Source: a virus
Lineage: Duplodnaviria; Caudoviricetes
Strand: one strand, 5' to 3'
Virus record (IMG/VR): IMGVR_UViG_3300032231_000009
Coordinates: 1 to 41,082 of that record
Length of the DNA: 41,082 bases
Shown here: piece after piece, positions 19,057 through 28,391 of the stretch
Layout of the letters: the number at the start of each line of letters is the position of its first letter
How positions within the stretch are numbered: the stretch's first letter is position 1
Program-made: the position numbers and the translations under genes
Notes under the pieces: model-generated
What the model was told of the DNA's origin: nothing
The model's input: only the letters and a program-made list of their open reading frames with translations
Database searches by the model: none

Positions 19057-20418
19057 ATGGAACTCTGGAAACACCAAAAACAGGCTCTCAAGAAGATTGA
19101 GCCCCGATTTGCTCTCTTCATGGAAGAGGGAACAGGTAAGACTCTAGTCTATCTATATTCTCTCTCTAAACTACTACCTACTATAAGAAGAAGTAGTAAT
19201 AAAAGACCCTACAAAGTCTTGATAGTAAGCACTAGACAGATTATCAAGCACATGTGGCCTAAGGCTCTTGAAGAACACGGCCACGTACTACCAGGCGAGT
19301 GGGAAGTCACACTAGAGACATTTGGATGTGTTAGAACCCGGAAGGAAGCTTATACCAAAGAAGGGTTCGATGCAATCATCATCGATGAGGCTTCCAAGAT
19401 CAAGAATGGCTCCCTACAGACCAGAGCCATACAGTGGGTAGCTAGAAGAGGCAATATACCCATACGCATCATCGGAACTGGCACCCCATGGGGCAATGCC
19501 CAGGGTATGGAGATCTTTCATTACTCTAAGTTCCTCTTTGACTACACATCTGTGTTCGGACAGAACATGGCCCACTTCAAAGAGGAGTACTACGACGAAG
19601 GAGACTCCGGATGGGATTGGGAGCCGAAGGACGACACCTTCGACAGATTCTCCGAGATCATCGATAAGTGGTCATTTCGCAAGCTCAAGTCTGAATGTCT
19701 GGATCTCCCGCCCAAGGTGTATAAGGTCCACGAACTAGACGGGCTCACTGGCCTAGCCAAAAAACTCTACGACGCGATCAAGAAGAACACCATGATCTTG
19801 GTGAATGAGCATCGCTTGGATTCAAGTTGCGCCAGCAACAGACAACGGAAACTCCTTCAACTAGCTGCCGGGACTCTATACTTCAATGACTCGAGTGATG
19901 ATGAACACCTTGTCGAGATATTCGATGAGTTGGGCTTATCATTCACCATGGAAGACTTGGAAGACCTCCACACCCCGAAGCTGGATTGGTTGAAGGATAT
20001 CCTACCTGAGCTCGTAGCCCAGGAAGGGGATGTAATGATAGTTGGTAATCACACCAAGGCACTCGATAGGGTTTGGGATCTCCTCGTAGACTTAGACATT
20101 CCGTTTGAGGCTAACTACGGCGACAGCGAGTGCGATCCCGAAGGAGACGAGTATCGTGTACTGCTTGCCAACGTGGATTCGATAGCCTTTGGACTAAACC
20201 TCCAGAGGCTATCGGATGTCATTTACTACGAAAATCCTTGGAGCTATGAAGTTCGGAAGCAATCCAGCAACCGAGCTCATCGTGGTGGCCAGACACATGA
20301 AGTCACCATCCATGATCCGCTCGTAAAGGGGACGCCGGATCGATACGTGCTGCACACACTTAGACAGTGCAAGGATGTATCAGACACCATATTCTGGGAA
20401 TACGGAGAGGAGTTCTAA
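19057..20418 (+). CDS. SF2 (SNF2-like) helicase
   Basis: Q motif (LWKHQ), EGTGKT, IIDEAS, TGTP, GLNLQ and QSSNRAHRGGQ. Confidence 0.92.
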   Translation: MELWKHQKQALKKIEPRFALFMEEGTGKTLVYLYSLSKLLPTIRRSSNKRPYKVLIVSTRQIIKHMWPKALEEHGHVLPGEWEVTLETFGCVRTRKEAYTKEGFDAIIIDEASKIKNGSLQTRAIQWVARRGNIPIRIIGTGTPWGNAQGMEIFHYSKFLFDYTSVFGQNMAHFKEEYYDEGDSGWDWEPKDDTFDRFSEIIDKWSFRKLKSECLDLPPKVYKVHELDGLTGLAKKLYDAIKKNTMILVNEHRLDSSCASNRQRKLLQLAAGTLYFNDSSDDEHLVEIFDELGLSFTMEDLEDLHTPKLDWLKDILPELVAQEGDVMIVGNHTKALDRVWDLLVDLDIPFEANYGDSECDPEGDEYRVLLANVDSIAFGLNLQRLSDVIYYENPWSYEVRKQSSNRAHRGGQTHEVTIHDPLVKGTPDRYVLHTLRQCKDVSDTIFWEYGEEF

Positions 20419-20699
20419 TGCCACTACTGCTCGTGATAGACGGCTACCATAAGGGTCAGAAGGTATACGTCCCCCAAGACCGCAAGACGTTCGATATCAA
20501 CCGCGACTACCACCCGGCCATGAAGCTCGGTGATAGGGCTCGCACCCCTCCCCCGCATTCTTCCTATCGCGTAGGTGTGCTCGTCAACAAATATAACTAT
20601 CTGAAGTTCCAATGCCTTTACCCCGCCGACTGGCACAGAGCTTATGCGGAGCAGCAAATCATCAGATACTACTGGGAGCATATCCATGAGGAGGAATGA
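20418..20699 (+). CDS. Hypothetical protein
   Basis: TAATG coupling with GAGGAG RBS. Confidence 0.55.
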   Translation: MPLLLVIDGYHKGQKVYVPQDRKTFDINRDYHPAMKLGDRARTPPPHSSYRVGVLVNKYNYLKFQCLYPADWHRAYAEQQIIRYYWEHIHEEE

Positions 20700-20916
20700 G
20701 TTTCTATTCGTTGGGGGCCCTCTCAATGGCAAGACTCGAGAAGTCGAGCCCCAGGACCAGATCAGGATCCCAGCCGCTTCTATATCTCATGCACATGCTA
20801 TCCAGACATTCCACAAAGCACTAGCCTATGTATACCACCTAGGTGAGTATGATCTGGGCACTGTAGCGATCCAACTCTATTACTACGTCGGCTATGAAAA
20901 GGAGCCAAGCACATGA
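20686..20916 (+). CDS. Hypothetical protein (GGPxxG motif)
   Basis: FLFVGGPLNG N-terminus; GGGAG RBS. Confidence 0.55.
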   Translation: MRRNEFLFVGGPLNGKTREVEPQDQIRIPAASISHAHAIQTFHKALAYVYHLGEYDLGTVAIQLYYYVGYEKEPST

Positions 20917-21380
20917 AGTTCATCATTGCACTACTGCTACTGTTCGTAACATGCACTCCTGCACCTGAGCGAGAGATGACGCCCGAAGAAATGGTTCTTG
21001 CTCATTTCGAGGCTGACGAAGACTTCGAGCCTAAGAGCAGCGAAGAGTGGGTAGCCTGGGCTAACGCCATGCTGCCTCCCGAGCAGCCAGCCGGCGCGGG
21101 CATGAGAGGCTCTCCAACGAAGGGAGACGTGTTCCTGCTCGACATGCAAGATCGCTCACGCGAGATCGCTCGAGCTCTAGCCGTCAAGACTACCAAGCCC
21201 GAGGAGTGGCCCGCTTACCAGAAGCAACCAGCTTATATCTGGCTCGTAGCCGAGGTAAAGAGGCATGTAGCTAACTACGACGAGTTCATGAAGAGGCTAC
21301 GCCTGACCAACAACCCCTCTCGTTCGATTCCTGAGTCCAAACGTATTATGGCCCAGTTTCAGGAGTTCATTGATGGGTGA
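20913..21380 (+). CDS. Exported protein or lipoprotein
   Basis: MKFIIALLLLFVTC signal peptide; AGGAG RBS. Confidence 0.6.
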   Translation: MKFIIALLLLFVTCTPAPEREMTPEEMVLAHFEADEDFEPKSSEEWVAWANAMLPPEQPAGAGMRGSPTKGDVFLLDMQDRSREIARALAVKTTKPEEWPAYQKQPAYIWLVAEVKRHVANYDEFMKRLRLTNNPSRSIPESKRIMAQFQEFIDG

Positions 21381-21471
21381 CAATAACCAGGAGTTCAATG
21401 AAAGCACTTTCCTGATTATGGTGCTTTTTATCCTGGTAGTGGTCACTGCCATAGCCAGTAGCTTGACGTGA
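21373..21471 (+). CDS. Small single-TM protein (32 aa)
   Basis: MGDNNQEFNESTFLIMVLFILVVVTAIASSLT; AGGAG RBS at 21361; below the ORF-track length cutoff. Confidence 0.5.
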   Translation: MGDNNQEFNESTFLIMVLFILVVVTAIASSLT

Positions 21472-21495
21472 GTTCTCCAGAGTTTCGATCCGGTC

Positions 21496-21523
21496 TTGAC
21501 AGGGTTTTTAGGTATCTTACGAT
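21496..21523 (+). promoter_or_regulatory. Sigma70-like promoter
   Basis: TTGACA-16 bp-TACGAT; GGGT follows the -35. Confidence 0.55.
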
Positions 21524-21556
21524 CTAGGAATCAATAATTTCTTCAAGGAGTTTTCA

Positions 21557-21733
21557 ATGTCTATCTCTCGAAATAGAGCACCTGCTCTTCGCGCTCCTTC
21601 TAGGAGCCCTCTCACTGTCGGAGACGGTTTCCGTATCGGCTTCGGTATCTTCCTATTCCAGCTTGCCCTCTTCCTGGCCCTGTTCGCTATCTTCATGATG
21701 GCGGGCTTCACCATCGGAAACCTCGGTCGCTAG
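21557..21733 (+). CDS. Small membrane protein (58 aa)
   Basis: AAGGAG RBS; MSISRNRAPALR...GFRIGFGIFLFQLALFLALFAIFMMAGF; below the ORF-track length cutoff. Confidence 0.65.
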   Translation: MSISRNRAPALRAPSRSPLTVGDGFRIGFGIFLFQLALFLALFAIFMMAGFTIGNLGR

Positions 21734-21735
21734 AC

Positions 21736-21978
21736 ATGGAACAAGCTCACACCTACTCCAGCCGTGATAACCTGAAGCTTTGCAGAGTAGTCTCTCTGTA
21801 TCTAGGAGCTAAAGATCGGCTGGAGTTCCACGACCTTCTGATAGAAGTTCGTAAACGAACCGCCGCTCCACGCAACCAAATCCTCAGAGAAGTGCTAATC
21901 CAATGCCTAAGAAGTCTCTCACAGCTGCCCAGCGACGAAAAGCTGCCGAAGCAGCTCTCAATCGAGATCAACCTATAA
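21736..21978 (+). CDS. Putative ribbon-helix-helix DNA-binding protein
   Basis: VVSLYL strand followed by two helices (…RNQILREVLIQCL). Confidence 0.45.
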   Translation: MEQAHTYSSRDNLKLCRVVSLYLGAKDRLEFHDLLIEVRKRTAAPRNQILREVLIQCLRSLSQLPSDEKLPKQLSIEINL

Positions 21979-22937
21979 CCAACTCCATTCGGAGTCGGTA
22001 TCAGAAATGCCCACGAGCCTTCCAGCACATGGCGATCAACTGCTATCAGCCAAGACGGAAGAGCGCACCAATGCTCAGGGGCTCCGCCTTCCACTTGTTC
22101 CATGAGTCTCTATCTAAAGGGGCATCGCTCAAGAAGGCACTCAAGGTAGCCGTCGCTTACATTGACCGCTACCTGAAAGAGAATGAAGAATATCACCACC
22201 CTGACGAAGTGGCTGATATCCACAAAGTGAAGTCGCTTGTCATTGGGATGTGCAAGGGTAGCTATGAAGTCTATAAGAAGCGGAAGGCCAAGGTCGTCGG
22301 TAGCGAGATGCACTTCCGAGCCAGGGTTCGAGATCTCGAAGGTGATTTCTCCGTCTATGCAGGAACACTTGACCAGATCGTTGAGACTCCTGACTACTAC
22401 TACGTCGGAGACTTCAAGACCAAGGGTTACACTCACGCTGCGACCTCTGAATGGCTACGACACGATAGTCAAACTCTCGGCTACGCTTGGCTACTCCGGT
22501 CTTGTCTGGAGAGTGGACTATTTCTCCAAGGGAAGCGATACAAGAAGGGGAAGCCTGTCTTCGGCGTCCAAATGAACATCATAGGGATAACGAAGATCCG
22601 CCACAAGCAGACACAGACATACGAGGAGTATCTCCAGGAACTCGAAGATATCTACATCGAGCAGCAGGAGAAGTACTTCACCTCGTTCTTCGTCCCCATC
22701 GAGGATAAGAAGCTCGACGCCTGGGAAGACGACCTATACAACGAGATCAAGGAGATTCAAGCTCGGAAGAAGTGGAAGAAGAACACCAACATGTGCATTC
22801 AAAGCTACATGTGCTGTGAGTATCTTGCACTCTGCCTTGACGGAATGAACCGCGTAAATCGAAACCTCTACGACCAAAGACCACCGAGTTACTGGGATCC
22901 CCAGATCTCGGCAGAAGGAGACTTGCTCGATGTCTAA
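21903..22937 (+). CDS. PD-(D/E)XK Cas4/RecB-like exonuclease
   Basis: CPR, GSAFH, GTLD, DFKT, Q..GY and C-terminal C..C..C cluster. Confidence 0.85.
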   Translation: MPKKSLTAAQRRKAAEAALNRDQPITNSIRSRYQKCPRAFQHMAINCYQPRRKSAPMLRGSAFHLFHESLSKGASLKKALKVAVAYIDRYLKENEEYHHPDEVADIHKVKSLVIGMCKGSYEVYKKRKAKVVGSEMHFRARVRDLEGDFSVYAGTLDQIVETPDYYYVGDFKTKGYTHAATSEWLRHDSQTLGYAWLLRSCLESGLFLQGKRYKKGKPVFGVQMNIIGITKIRHKQTQTYEEYLQELEDIYIEQQEKYFTSFFVPIEDKKLDAWEDDLYNEIKEIQARKKWKKNTNMCIQSYMCCEYLALCLDGMNRVNRNLYDQRPPSYWDPQISAEGDLLDV

Positions 22938-22960
22938 GAACTACGGAGGAGGAAAATCTA

Positions 22961-23146
22961 ATGAACGAGTTTGTTAGCCTCATTGGAGCAGAAGATGTCA
23001 AATCTGCGGGGTATAGAATGAAGGCTGCTGCGGAAGAGATTACTCAGGCTCTGTCCTTCTCCTCGGAAGAACTGAGACGAGCAACTGAGATAATGCAGCA
23101 GTTGGTGGAGCAGCTGGCTGAACTCAATAAGGAGAAAGAATCATGA
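22961..23146 (+). CDS. Hypothetical coiled-coil protein
   Basis: GGAGG RBS; 61 aa. Confidence 0.55.
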   Translation: MNEFVSLIGAEDVKSAGYRMKAAAEEITQALSFSSEELRRATEIMQQLVEQLAELNKEKES

Positions 23147-23277
23147 CAGATAAAATCACTAAGGTCGTAGTCACCTTATGGACCTATCTGCTCATGGGCA
23201 TTCTAGCTCTGTCCATCACTGCTCTGTTCCTGATGGTGCTTGTCTGGTCAGTAAAGAACCTCGTGGGAGTCCTATGA
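23143..23277 (+). CDS. Small membrane protein (44 aa)
   Basis: MTDKITKVVVTLWTYLLMGILALSITALFLMVLVWSVKNLVGVL; ATGA-coupled on both sides; AAGGAG RBS. Confidence 0.6.
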   Translation: MTDKITKVVVTLWTYLLMGILALSITALFLMVLVWSVKNLVGVL

Positions 23278-23462
23278 ACCGCTACGAGGCCCTGCTCGAA
23301 GAAGCAGACAAATACCCTGAGCTGGACGTTACTCCCTATTGGGATTACTATCACCGAAACGGATTCCTGTCCCCGATAGACGTGGCCCGGATAGAGTTTC
23401 ATATCACCCAACTAGAGGCCCAGGAGGGCCAAGACGATGAGCCTGATTCCGAAAACGACTAA
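23274..23462 (+). CDS. Hypothetical protein
   Basis: ATGA-coupled start (MNRYEALL…); GGGAG RBS. Confidence 0.5.
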   Translation: MNRYEALLEEADKYPELDVTPYWDYYHRNGFLSPIDVARIEFHITQLEAQEGQDDEPDSEND

Positions 23463-24249
23463 GGGCATAACCCGAGAACCCGCCGAGTGCATGTTCATGT
23501 TCTACGGCCCGCCGGGTATCGGCAAGACAGAAGCAGCATCCACGTTCCCTAATGCACTGTTCGTATCGACGACTCGAGGGCTGGGCTGGGTAGACGTCAA
23601 AGAAGCCCGAGTAGATAGCTGGGACGAGTTCCTGGAGCTGGTCGAAGAGATTGAAGAAGGTAACCACGACGTTGAAGTCATTGTCTTCGATCTAATCAAA
23701 GACCTCTACGACATGTGCGTAGAGTGGACAATGGAAGAACTCCTTGACGGGAATCACCCTTCTTCATTCGAGTGGGGTAAAGGTTGGGGCGCCGTAGGCA
23801 AGGAGTTCCGACGCGCGATCTCTGGGCTCATGAACCTAGAGAGGAGTGATGGCCTTGGCTACGGAATGATCTTCATTGCCCACGAAACCACTCGTGAGGT
23901 CAAGACCAAGATGTTCAAGCTCGACAAGATCATTCCCAAGCTCTCGAAGGGGACATTCGAGTGGTTCTATGGAATCCTCGACTTCGTGGTCTACATGAGA
24001 ATGGTGGATGCTCGAGACCCTGAGAGTAAGAAGATCACCAGCACGAGAGTCATGGCTCTCACACCATCCGTAGAGTTCGAAGCCAAGAGCTGGGCAGGTA
24101 AAGCCACTAGCCTTCCTGGAGAGATCGACTTCGAAGATCAGGATGTATATGACCTCATTTCCGGGTTCCTCGATAGTAACCCAAAGAAATCTCGTAAAAC
24201 TAGTTCTAAAACCAAGAAAGCCCCCAAGAAGGGCAGGAGTAAGAGATGA
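23437..24249 (+). CDS. Sak4-like AAA ATPase / ssDNA-annealing protein
   Basis: YGPPGIGKT Walker A, VIVFD, WGKGW, FIAHE; basic C-terminal tail. Confidence 0.85.
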   Translation: MSLIPKTTKGITREPAECMFMFYGPPGIGKTEAASTFPNALFVSTTRGLGWVDVKEARVDSWDEFLELVEEIEEGNHDVEVIVFDLIKDLYDMCVEWTMEELLDGNHPSSFEWGKGWGAVGKEFRRAISGLMNLERSDGLGYGMIFIAHETTREVKTKMFKLDKIIPKLSKGTFEWFYGILDFVVYMRMVDARDPESKKITSTRVMALTPSVEFEAKSWAGKATSLPGEIDFEDQDVYDLISGFLDSNPKKSRKTSSKTKKAPKKGRSKR

Positions 24250-24764
24250 GTCGCAAGAAGCAAAACGACGATCTGTCAATGGAAGAGCGCCTGGCGCAAA
24301 TGGACGAAGACTGGGGCCAGACCGATGGGTCGAAGAATGAGTTCGAGCAGCTACCTGCTGGGGACTACAATGCTTCGATCTACGACGTTGAGCTCACGCA
24401 GTCCAGCAACGGCAATCCGATGGTCAAGCTCCAGCATCAGATCCTCGACCCTGAGTTCGAGAACCGCTTCTGTTGGCACAACATTGTGCTGACACCGAAG
24501 TCAATCAAGATCGCGAAGCAGACGTTCTACCAACTCGGTATGGACACCGAAGACTTCGAACTCGCCGATCTCGAGGATCACCTCGAAGAGCTGCGCGGGA
24601 AGGAAGTCTCCTTCAAGCTCTCCTACAAGCCCAACGCTGACGGAGATTCTTGGCCACGCTATCGTTACAAGGGTCAGTCCAGTGCTGACAACGAGAAGCC
24701 TGCCACGAAGAAGGCCAAGAAGTCGAAGAAGTCGAAGAAGAAGACCAAGAAATCACGCCGATAG
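24246..24764 (+). CDS. DUF669-like ssDNA-binding protein
   Basis: FEQLPAGDY and SSNGNPM motifs; follows Sak4. Confidence 0.8.
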   Translation: MSRKKQNDDLSMEERLAQMDEDWGQTDGSKNEFEQLPAGDYNASIYDVELTQSSNGNPMVKLQHQILDPEFENRFCWHNIVLTPKSIKIAKQTFYQLGMDTEDFELADLEDHLEELRGKEVSFKLSYKPNADGDSWPRYRYKGQSSADNEKPATKKAKKSKKSKKKTKKSRR

Positions 24765-24776
24765 AGAGGAACGTTC

Positions 24777-27539
24777 ATGGATCTTATGGCACTCAAGCAG
24801 AGGCTTGTAGAAGCCATTGATCCCGCAGAGTTCTGGGTCGAGATGGTATCAGGATGGAAGCAAGGCACCAAAGTCAAGTGCTTCAATCCTGACCATCAAG
24901 ACCCGAACCCTTCCCTGTCTTTGGATAAGACGGGGAAGTTCAAATGCCACGGCTGCGGTATCAAGGGGAGTTCGATTGTCCAGGCATATGAGTATGCCCA
25001 TCAAGTAGATTTTACTACAGCGCTACGGGAGTTAGCACAGGAGTATTTGAAGGATATCTATGTCCCCCAGAAGAAGATCACCCTCTGGCATGAGCGTCTG
25101 TTAGACGACCCCGAGAAACTACTATTCCTCAAAGAGACACGAGGGATCGGCCTAGCTCACATCAAAGAGTATGAGCTAGGATGGAACGGAACACAATACA
25201 CCATCCCCATTCTTGACGAGGCCCAAATGCCCGTCAACGTGCGGAAGTATCGACCAGGAGCAAAGAGAGCCAAGGTCGTTAGCTACAAGAAGGGCTTTGG
25301 AACTGCTAGGCTATTCCCCCTCATAGCTCTCGAGCAATCGTTGGTTTACCTCTGTGAAGGAGAGACCGACACCTTATGTGCTAGAGCCCATGGAATCAAC
25401 GGCATCACTAGCACAGGAGGGGCCTCACATTGGAAAGAGGAGTGGACACCGCTCTTCATGAATAAGGATGTAGTCGTAGTCCCTGACACCGACAAGCCCG
25501 GCATGAAGTGGGGAGCTATGGTCGGACAGTCGCTCATGGCTACAGCGTCGTCCGTAAAGGTCCTGCACCTACCGACCCAAGGCAAGGAGAAGGATCTTAG
25601 TGATGTCCTTATGAGAACGTCCGCTAAGGATTTTCTCGAGCTCGTAAATGACACGGATTACCTATTGGTGAACCGGACAGACGGACGAGCCCTGGGAGAG
25701 ACTCCTATCCAGGTGTCCCTGAATGATGCGTCTCTTGCAGAGCACTACTATACCTTGACGGAGATGGATTGTATGATCTCCGGAAAGGAGCTCAGTCCTT
25801 ACCTAGCTCCTAAGAAGGTCAAGGTAGATTGCGCTGGAGGTAGGGACATATGCGAGATGTGTCATCGAAAGCCCAAGGGCTTCACCGACATCCTAGAGTT
25901 CAACTTATCCTCAGAACAGGTGTTAGAGTTAGTAGACGTGTCGAAGAGCTCATTCGAGATCTTCGTTAGGCGGGCTGGTAACATACCTAGCCCTAAGTGT
26001 GGCATTGTCATACACCACGAGGAGAAAGCTAATGTCGAGAAAGTCACCTTGTCTCCCTCGCTTGACGACCCTGAGGGTTCTAATGTCTCTGGAGTCGGAT
26101 ACTTCCTCGGCCACGGTATCGATACAAACCGAACGTATCGTGCCCGAGGATTTCTGCTACCTGAACCAGCCCGTCAACGAGCGGTTCACATTATTACAGA
26201 GGCTACGTCTGTGTATGATGCTCTGGACTCTTTCAAGCCCACGGAAGAAGAGCTTGAGGACCTCAGAGGAGTTGGTGATATTGGAGACCTATTCGAGTGG
26301 TATGAGAAAGAACTCTCACAAGTTACTCAGATTGTCGGACGGCCCGACCTCCATGCCGCCATTGACCTTGTTTACCACTCTCCGCTCAGTTTCAACTTCA
26401 ATAACGAGTTTATTAGGAAAGGCTGGCTTGAGACCCTGGTATATGGGGACACACAGCAAGGAAAAACAAATGTGGCCCACAAGCTCTCCGAGTTCTACCG
26501 ACTCGGAGAAATAGCTACTGGTGAGGCTTCTACCTTCGCTGGCCTAGTAGGCGGGCTGCACAAGGTGAATGATCGATGGATGGTGAACTGGGGCATGGTA
26601 GCTCGCCATGATCGACGCCTAGTGTTCATCGACGAGACTTCTGGGCTATCGATCCAGGATATCGAGCGCATGTCTCGAGTCCGATCTGAGGGCAAGGCCG
26701 AGCTCGTCAAGGTAGTCACTCAAGTAACCAACGCTAGGTGCCGGCTTATCTGGCTGGCTAACCCTCGCTCGGGTAACATGATGAACACCTACGCTAGTGG
26801 GGTAGACGTATTGAGGGAGCTGATTGGCAAGTCAGAGGATATCTCCAGGTTCGACTACGTATTGACAGTAGCCAATAGCGAAGTCGATCCAGCGGTGATG
26901 AACAAGCCACGTAGAAAGACTATGAAAATCAGCTACCCTCAGGAGGTACACCGCAACTTAGTCCTATGGTGCTGGTCACGCAAGCCAGAGCAGATCGAGT
27001 TCACCAAAGCAGCTACCAAGGCCATACTCTCCAAGTATGCCCTCGAGCTATCCAAGGACTATAGCCCACAACTACCGCTCGTCCAGAAGGAGAACATCCG
27101 AGTCAAGATCGCTCGGGTAGCAGCAGCTATCGCTGGACGTAGGTTCTCGACACCAGACGGAGAGAAACTGGTAGTCGAGTTGAGTCACGTAAAGGAAGCG
27201 GTAGCTTTCTTGAAGCACACTTATGACAAATCTTCGCTCGGGTATGATGTCTACTCTAGGCAGATGAGACGAGCAAACACCTTGAAAGATCCAGACGAAG
27301 TCGAAGAACAAATCCTCGCTTCTAGTCACTGGGAAGAGATAGTCGAAGGACTCCTCGAGAACAGTGAGGTAAACGTATCTGATTTTTCAGACTTCACAGG
27401 GACAGAAAAATGGGAAGCAAAAGAAATGATCGGGATGCTAGTCAGGAACAGGGCCTTGACAAAGCGACACGGAAACTACATGAAAAGGCCCGCCTTCATC
27501 TCCTTACTCAACCGATTGAGAGCCCAGATACGCATTTAG
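24777..27539 (+). CDS. Primase-helicase fusion: Zn-finger + TOPRIM primase + MCM-family AAA+ helicase
   Basis: C..H...PS...CHGC; CEGETD and PDTD; GDTQQGKT, STFAGLVGG, VFIDE, NARCRLIWLANP, SRFD. Confidence 0.88.
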   Translation: MDLMALKQRLVEAIDPAEFWVEMVSGWKQGTKVKCFNPDHQDPNPSLSLDKTGKFKCHGCGIKGSSIVQAYEYAHQVDFTTALRELAQEYLKDIYVPQKKITLWHERLLDDPEKLLFLKETRGIGLAHIKEYELGWNGTQYTIPILDEAQMPVNVRKYRPGAKRAKVVSYKKGFGTARLFPLIALEQSLVYLCEGETDTLCARAHGINGITSTGGASHWKEEWTPLFMNKDVVVVPDTDKPGMKWGAMVGQSLMATASSVKVLHLPTQGKEKDLSDVLMRTSAKDFLELVNDTDYLLVNRTDGRALGETPIQVSLNDASLAEHYYTLTEMDCMISGKELSPYLAPKKVKVDCAGGRDICEMCHRKPKGFTDILEFNLSSEQVLELVDVSKSSFEIFVRRAGNIPSPKCGIVIHHEEKANVEKVTLSPSLDDPEGSNVSGVGYFLGHGIDTNRTYRARGFLLPEPARQRAVHIITEATSVYDALDSFKPTEEELEDLRGVGDIGDLFEWYEKELSQVTQIVGRPDLHAAIDLVYHSPLSFNFNNEFIRKGWLETLVYGDTQQGKTNVAHKLSEFYRLGEIATGEASTFAGLVGGLHKVNDRWMVNWGMVARHDRRLVFIDETSGLSIQDIERMSRVRSEGKAELVKVVTQVTNARCRLIWLANPRSGNMMNTYASGVDVLRELIGKSEDISRFDYVLTVANSEVDPAVMNKPRRKTMKISYPQEVHRNLVLWCWSRKPEQIEFTKAATKAILSKYALELSKDYSPQLPLVQKENIRVKIARVAAAIAGRRFSTPDGEKLVVELSHVKEAVAFLKHTYDKSSLGYDVYSRQMRRANTLKDPDEVEEQILASSHWEEIVEGLLENSEVNVSDFSDFTGTEKWEAKEMIGMLVRNRALTKRHGNYMKRPAFISLLNRLRAQIRI

Positions 27540-28288
27540 ATCTCTGGGCCGATACACCGATGGACGCCTATATCCAGGCGATTGCTTGGATGGTAACCCA
27601 CCCAGAGGCCCGGTGGAACATCCGAGGAGTTCAATACCTTTACCCAGGATCTTCTATCCACATCCGTGACCCCGAGAACAGGCAGATGAGCTTGGGGCAC
27701 TTCTGCTACACCAAGACCAAGTGGACCCTGTTCAAGAAGCAATACAATGTCCAAGCACTGCTCGATGGATTCCGACACGCCGCTACCGACACAGATAGCA
27801 CGTGCTCTTTCATCTCTACTTACAACGCCGATGTCGCTCGCATGTCGGGAAAAGGTGGTTGCCTTATTGGAGCTAGCATTATGCAAAGTCCAAGAAAGGG
27901 AACCCACATCAATGTCTACTTCCGAGCTACAGAGTTTACTTGGAGACATTCAGTGGATCTTATGGTTTTTACCCGTCTACTCCAGCTTGTGCCGGAACTA
28001 CCCAGACCAGTTACTCTCCACTTCAACTACAACAAACTCTATCTCAACACACTATTTCTACCTATGCTCGAGATTCCCCTGGGTAAACGAGTTCACAAGG
28101 TGCTACGTGGCATGGCCTATGAGCGGATAGGCAAACCCTGGAGGCAGTACTACAACCAGTTCATGAACGAGGTTGATACTAGCGACCCAGAGAAGAGCTG
28201 TAAGCTCAAGAGCATCCGACGGTGTATGATGTGGACACGCGGAGAGATCGAACCGAAACTCATTCCCTGGGAAGAAATGGTTATCTAA
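27410..28288 (+). CDS. Divergent thymidylate-synthase-fold protein (start uncertain; alternative ATG 27560)
   Basis: GGCLIG (catalytic-Cys-like), then INVYFRATEFTWRHSVDL aligning with RSxD-x7-N/D. Confidence 0.6.
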   Translation: MGSKRNDRDASQEQGLDKATRKLHEKARLHLLTQPIESPDTHLDLWADTPMDAYIQAIAWMVTHPEARWNIRGVQYLYPGSSIHIRDPENRQMSLGHFCYTKTKWTLFKKQYNVQALLDGFRHAATDTDSTCSFISTYNADVARMSGKGGCLIGASIMQSPRKGTHINVYFRATEFTWRHSVDLMVFTRLLQLVPELPRPVTLHFNYNKLYLNTLFLPMLEIPLGKRVHKVLRGMAYERIGKPWRQYYNQFMNEVDTSDPEKSCKLKSIRRCMMWTRGEIEPKLIPWEEMVI

Positions 28289-28320
28289 CCCCTAAGTTTG
28301 ACCCTGGGTGATAAAATGAT

Positions 28321-28348
28321 TGGACAGGGTCAAATGATTCTTTAGGAT
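28321..28348 (+). promoter_or_regulatory. Sigma70-like promoter overlapped by a 10-bp inverted repeat
   Basis: TGGACA-16 bp-TAGGAT; TTTGACCCTG (28297-28306) / CAGGGTCAAA (28325-28334). Confidence 0.4.
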
Positions 28349-28391
28349 AGGTATATCACGTTTCAATTTACTACACACGAAGGAAAGCACG

